DNA of 64,000 nucleotides from Chrysemys picta bellii (Eukaryota). Each line of letters opens with the position of its first letter. Position 1 is the stretch's first letter. The DNA is taken from positions 2,232,001 through 2,296,000 of the forward strand of contig NC_088791.1 of the NCBI RefSeq assembly GCF_011386835.1, given 5' to 3'. Position numbers and translations under genes: made by a program. Positions 60,306 through 64,000 of the stretch are shown one piece after another. The notes beneath the pieces are model-generated. The model was not told the DNA's origin. It was given only the letters and a program-made list of their open reading frames with translations, and searched no databases.

Positions 60306-62666
60306 AAAGGGAAGTTTGCAGCCTTTGCTCAGACCCAAACATTTTCACTTAAAAAAAAAAATACCCAAACTCATCCTGACACCCATCTGCTCTGTCCAGA
60401 TTTGCTGTTATCCCTATTGAGGCCAAAGTGGTTTGAAAAATTAAAAATCCATGACACCATTGTGTTGCTTCCCCCTGTGTTGCTTGTTAATCTGATGGAC
60501 CTGCCGATAATGACTAAAGATGAATGCCCTGGGAGCAATGTGTCAGGCAGACAGTTTGTGAGGTAGGAATGTGAATGCTGAAGCCCTCACAAAATGCAGA
60601 GGCTTTTCTTAACCTGAGCACTGAAAAAGAGCCAGATACCCTGCATGGGTTTGAAAGTGACAAGAGCCTAGCGACTGACCAGAGCAGCGTCAGGTTTGAA
60701 GTGACGAGGAGGGTCTGTGTCATGAAGTCTGCATTTCCACTGAGAACTCTTCCATCGCCAGGGTAGTGCTGGTGCAGGTCTGCTGCCCGGCACAGCAATG
60801 CTGAGAGGTGCCAGTGTAGACCCGACCCACTGCCCTCATCCCCCACCCTGACCCTGTTCCCTCAGCCTCCCCTGCAGTTCCCCCTGTACCTCCCACTCCG
60901 AACCCACTGCCCTGAGTCCCTGCCCCCGTTCCAACAGCCTCCCCCACAGTCCCCCTGCTCCCCCCAACCCACTGCCCTCAGCCTTGCCCTACCCCAAATC
61001 TCTTCTTCAGCCTCCCCCGTCATCCCACCCCCATCACTCCCCCTGCTGTCCCACCCCCTCAACTTCCCCCCATTCCAGTCCTGCTCCCCTCTGTCTCATC
61101 CCCTCCAGACTCTGTCCCTCTCCCCAACCCCCCGACCCTCCCCAGCCCAGCTCCATTGTCTCCCCCACCCCGCCCCACCCCACTCTACACAGTTCTCTCT
61201 ACCCTGTCCCATTCATGTTCCCCTCAGCCCCTAGCCTACTCCCCCATCCCAGTCCTCTCCCATCCCCCTCAGCCCTCCCCAGTCCCAGTCCTGTCCCCCT
61301 CAGTTCCTCCACCCTGCTTCCCCCGATCCATCCCCACACATGCACCGACTCTCTCGACCTCCCTCCCCCCAATCCCACTGCCTGGACCCACCCCCGTCCC
61401 ACTCAGGACATTCATGAAAAAGAAGCAATGGGCTTAAATTGTAGCAAGGGAGATTTAGGTTAGACATTAGGAAAAACTTCCTAACTGTAAAGGTAGTTAA
61501 GCACTGGACAAATTACCTAGAGAGGTTATGGAATAGCAGTCGTTGGAGTTTTTTAAGAGGTTAGACAAACACCTGTCAAGGATGGTCTAGTGTTGTTATT
61601 CCTCAGTCCTGCCTCAGTGCAGGGGTTTGACTAGATGACCTGTTGATGTCCCTTCCAGTCCTACATTTCTGTGATTCACTCTGAATTGCCTTGTGCCACT
61701 GTCTAGTAGTAGTGGCACACAGTTCTCTGACATGCAGGTTTATAAAATTGTAGTTAATATACAGTTTAGAGCATAACAATTTTAAACCTTGCATGTTCAG
61801 ACCAACTGAGCTGAAAATTGTGATCTTGTATTCAAAACTATTACGATGTGGGCTGAACTAAAATCAGCCTGAATTGCTCAACGATATCAATGGAATCAGC
61901 ATTGTGCTGCTATATATTGTAAAACATTACAGTGAAATCTTGCAAGTATTCCATAGCACGCCGCCTTGCTCAAGTGGTCACTAAGCAGAACATCTTCCTG
62001 TTTCAACATTCTTAACTTGTATCCCTCCTAGAAGTTGTTTTTTTTCAAACACTGAATGCTGCTAAGTTATGAGTTTTAACAGGTTTTTTTCTTTTAAACC
62101 ACAGCACTGAATGTTATTCTAAAATTGTTTTCCAAATATTCTTAAACTCCCAGTTTATCCCCCGCTGATGTTCATTGTGAAAAGTATTGCAGGTCTAATA
62201 ATAATATTTGGCACTTTTGTAAATCACTGTCCAACATGTGTTTTGTGCCCTCCTCTGGTGGATTTTTAGAGGATAACTGTACAGCTACCAGCTAAGGGAG
62301 TTATATCTTGAACTCAAGTAGTGGAAGCTCATGCTTTTAAATCCGGATGGCTCGGGTTCAATCCTTGGTGACTAGCTATGATGGAGGTTGCTACATTTAT
62401 AATCCCTTTAATCAGAAGTTCTGAATATGCTTTGTTGTAGGCAGAACTAGCCTATAGTTAAGCAACTGAAAATTTAGAATGGGAAGTGTTGAAATGTTGG
62501 GAAGCCTTATAATTCTGCCAATCTGGAATGAACATCCCATCTGAGGGATGGGGGCGGGGAGAGAGGAGAGTGAGACAGGACCAGGAAACTGGGACAAGGA
62601 ATCCAGAGCGGTAGTGGGAGGCAATTGAAATCAGATGAGGAGCTGGGGCGGGTTAGACAGCAATAG

Positions 62667-63491
62667 ACAAATTAGAGGATTGGGCCAAAAAAAACCTGAT
62701 GAGGTTCAACAAGGACAAGTGCAGAGTCCTGCACTTAGGGCGGAAGAATCCCATGCACTGCTACAGACTAGGGACCGAATGGCTAGGTAGCAGTTCTGCA
62801 GAAAAGGACCTAGGGGTCACATTGGACGAGAAGCTGGATATGAGTCAACAGTGTGCTCTTGTTGCCAGGAAGGCTAATGGCATTTTGGGCTGTATAAGTA
62901 GGGGCATTGCCAGCAGATCGAGGAACGTGATCGTTCCCCTTTATTCGACATTGGTGAGGCCTCATCTGGAGTACTGTGTACAGTTTTGGGCCCCACACTA
63001 CAAGAAGGATGTGGAAAAATTGGAAAGAGTCCAACGGAGGGCAACAAAAATGATTAGGGGTCTGGAACACATGACTTATGAGGAGAGGCTGAGGGAACTG
63101 GGATTGTTTAGTCTCCAGAAGAGAAGAATGAGGGGGGATTTGATAGCAGCCTTCAACTACCTGAAGGGGGGTTCCAAAGAGGATGGAGCTCGGCTGTTCT
63201 CAGTGGTGGTAGATGACAGAACAAGGAGCAATGGTCTCAAGTTGCAGTGGGGGAGGTCCAGGTTGGATATTAGGAAAAACTATTTCACTAGGAGGGTGGT
63301 GAAACACTGGAATGCGTTACCTAGGGAGGTGGTGGAGTCTCCTTCCTTGGAGGTTTTTAAGGCCCGGCTTGACAAAGCCCTGGCTGGGATGATTTAGTTG
63401 GGAATTGGTTCTGCTTTGAGCAGGGGGTTGGACTAGATGACCTCTTGAGGTCCCTTCCAACCATGATATTCTATGATTCTATGATTCTATG
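62667..63491 (+). mobile_element. Young 5'-truncated CR1 LINE, TSD AATAG
   Basis: Uninterrupted ORF2 C-terminus (62699-63397) and (ATTCTATG)n tail. AATAG occurs at 62662-62666 and 63492-63496; the sites near 8026 and 37375 are empty. Confidence 0.95.
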
Positions 63492-63721
63492 AATAGGATA
63501 GACATAGACTGGAGGGGACGGGAAGGAAGGGTCTTTGACTACTCAAGGTCACTCCGTTCTCCGAACATTTGATTCACGGGAAGCAGGGGAGGGGGACGAG
63601 CAGGGGGCGGAGCGTTCAGGGGAGGGGGAGGAGTCAGGGCTGGGACTTTGGAGAAGGGGCGGAGTTGGGGTGGGTAAGGGGCGGAGTTGGGGTGGGGCTA
63701 GGGCCCCTTGGAGTGTCCTCT

Positions 63722-63875
63722 TCTCCTTCCTTGGAGGTTTTTAAGGCCCGGCTTGACAAAGCCCTGGCTGGGATGATTTAGTTGGGAATTGGTCCTGCTT
63801 TGAGCAGGGGATTGGACTAGATGACCTCTTGAGGTCCCTTCCAACCCTGATATTCTATGATTCTATGATTCTATG
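63722..63875 (+). mobile_element. Second CR1 3' fragment, no TSD, replaces about 16 bp of target
   Basis: Units 1 and 2 read CTCTTTTTCCAGGACTGCAATATG(G/A)TAACC here; unit 3 has the CR1 3' end instead. Confidence 0.9.
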
Positions 63876-64000
63876 GTAACCCTAGTCTATGCTGAGAGGT
63901 GCTTTGTGCTTCTCAGATGGGACACTCTCAGGAGCCCTATGGCCTCCCCACCAGCCTGTATCTGGGGGGTCTCCAGCCAAGTGTGCCCCTGACCATCACA

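Larger units (their letters stand above)
36775..62065. repeat. Tandem segmental duplication unit 2
   Basis: Colinear with unit 1, plus unit-specific insertions. Confidence 0.97.
62063..64000. repeat. Start of tandem unit 3; lacks Harbinger A at its junction
   Basis: Matches 7431-8400 apart from two CR1 insertions. Confidence 0.95.

Noticed and set aside
7431-62065. Units 1 and 2 as a haplotype or assembly duplication artefact
   Set aside because: They differ by dispersed substitutions and several TSD-flanked insertions, and a third distinct unit follows. Read depth would still be the decisive check.

Overview
Vertebrate genomic DNA, most likely turtle, inferred from the repeat content: CR1 with (ATTCTATG)n tails, a tRNA-derived SINE, Harbinger ends GGGTATGTCTACAC/GGCCTGGTCTACAC and a Penelope pLTR. 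The window has three layers. (1) Bases 1-6680 are the right arm of an endogenous Maverick/Polinton (adintovirus-like) element. It holds a protein-primed DNA polymerase B disrupted by a hammerhead-bearing Penelope fragment, two apparently spliced accessory genes and an ACTACT terminus, and it is inserted inside a Harbinger transposase. (2) A tandem array of roughly 20-25 kb units (7431-27002, 36775-62065, 62063-end) follows. The two complete units each carry an intact minus-strand 6-exon gene for a secreted single-domain C-type lectin (161 aa, REG/group VII-like) that the ORF track cannot show. The two genes differ at 13 coding nucleotides, all non-synonymous, 12 of them in the ligand-binding exons. 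(3) Nested insertions mark individual units: Harbinger within Harbinger, a Gmr1-like SCAN-gag Gypsy lacking RT, solo LTRs, CR1s, hAT MITEs and a promoter VNTR of 2 versus 11 copies. Filled and empty sites allow the history of the array to be ordered. All alignments and counts were done by eye; no database searches were run.
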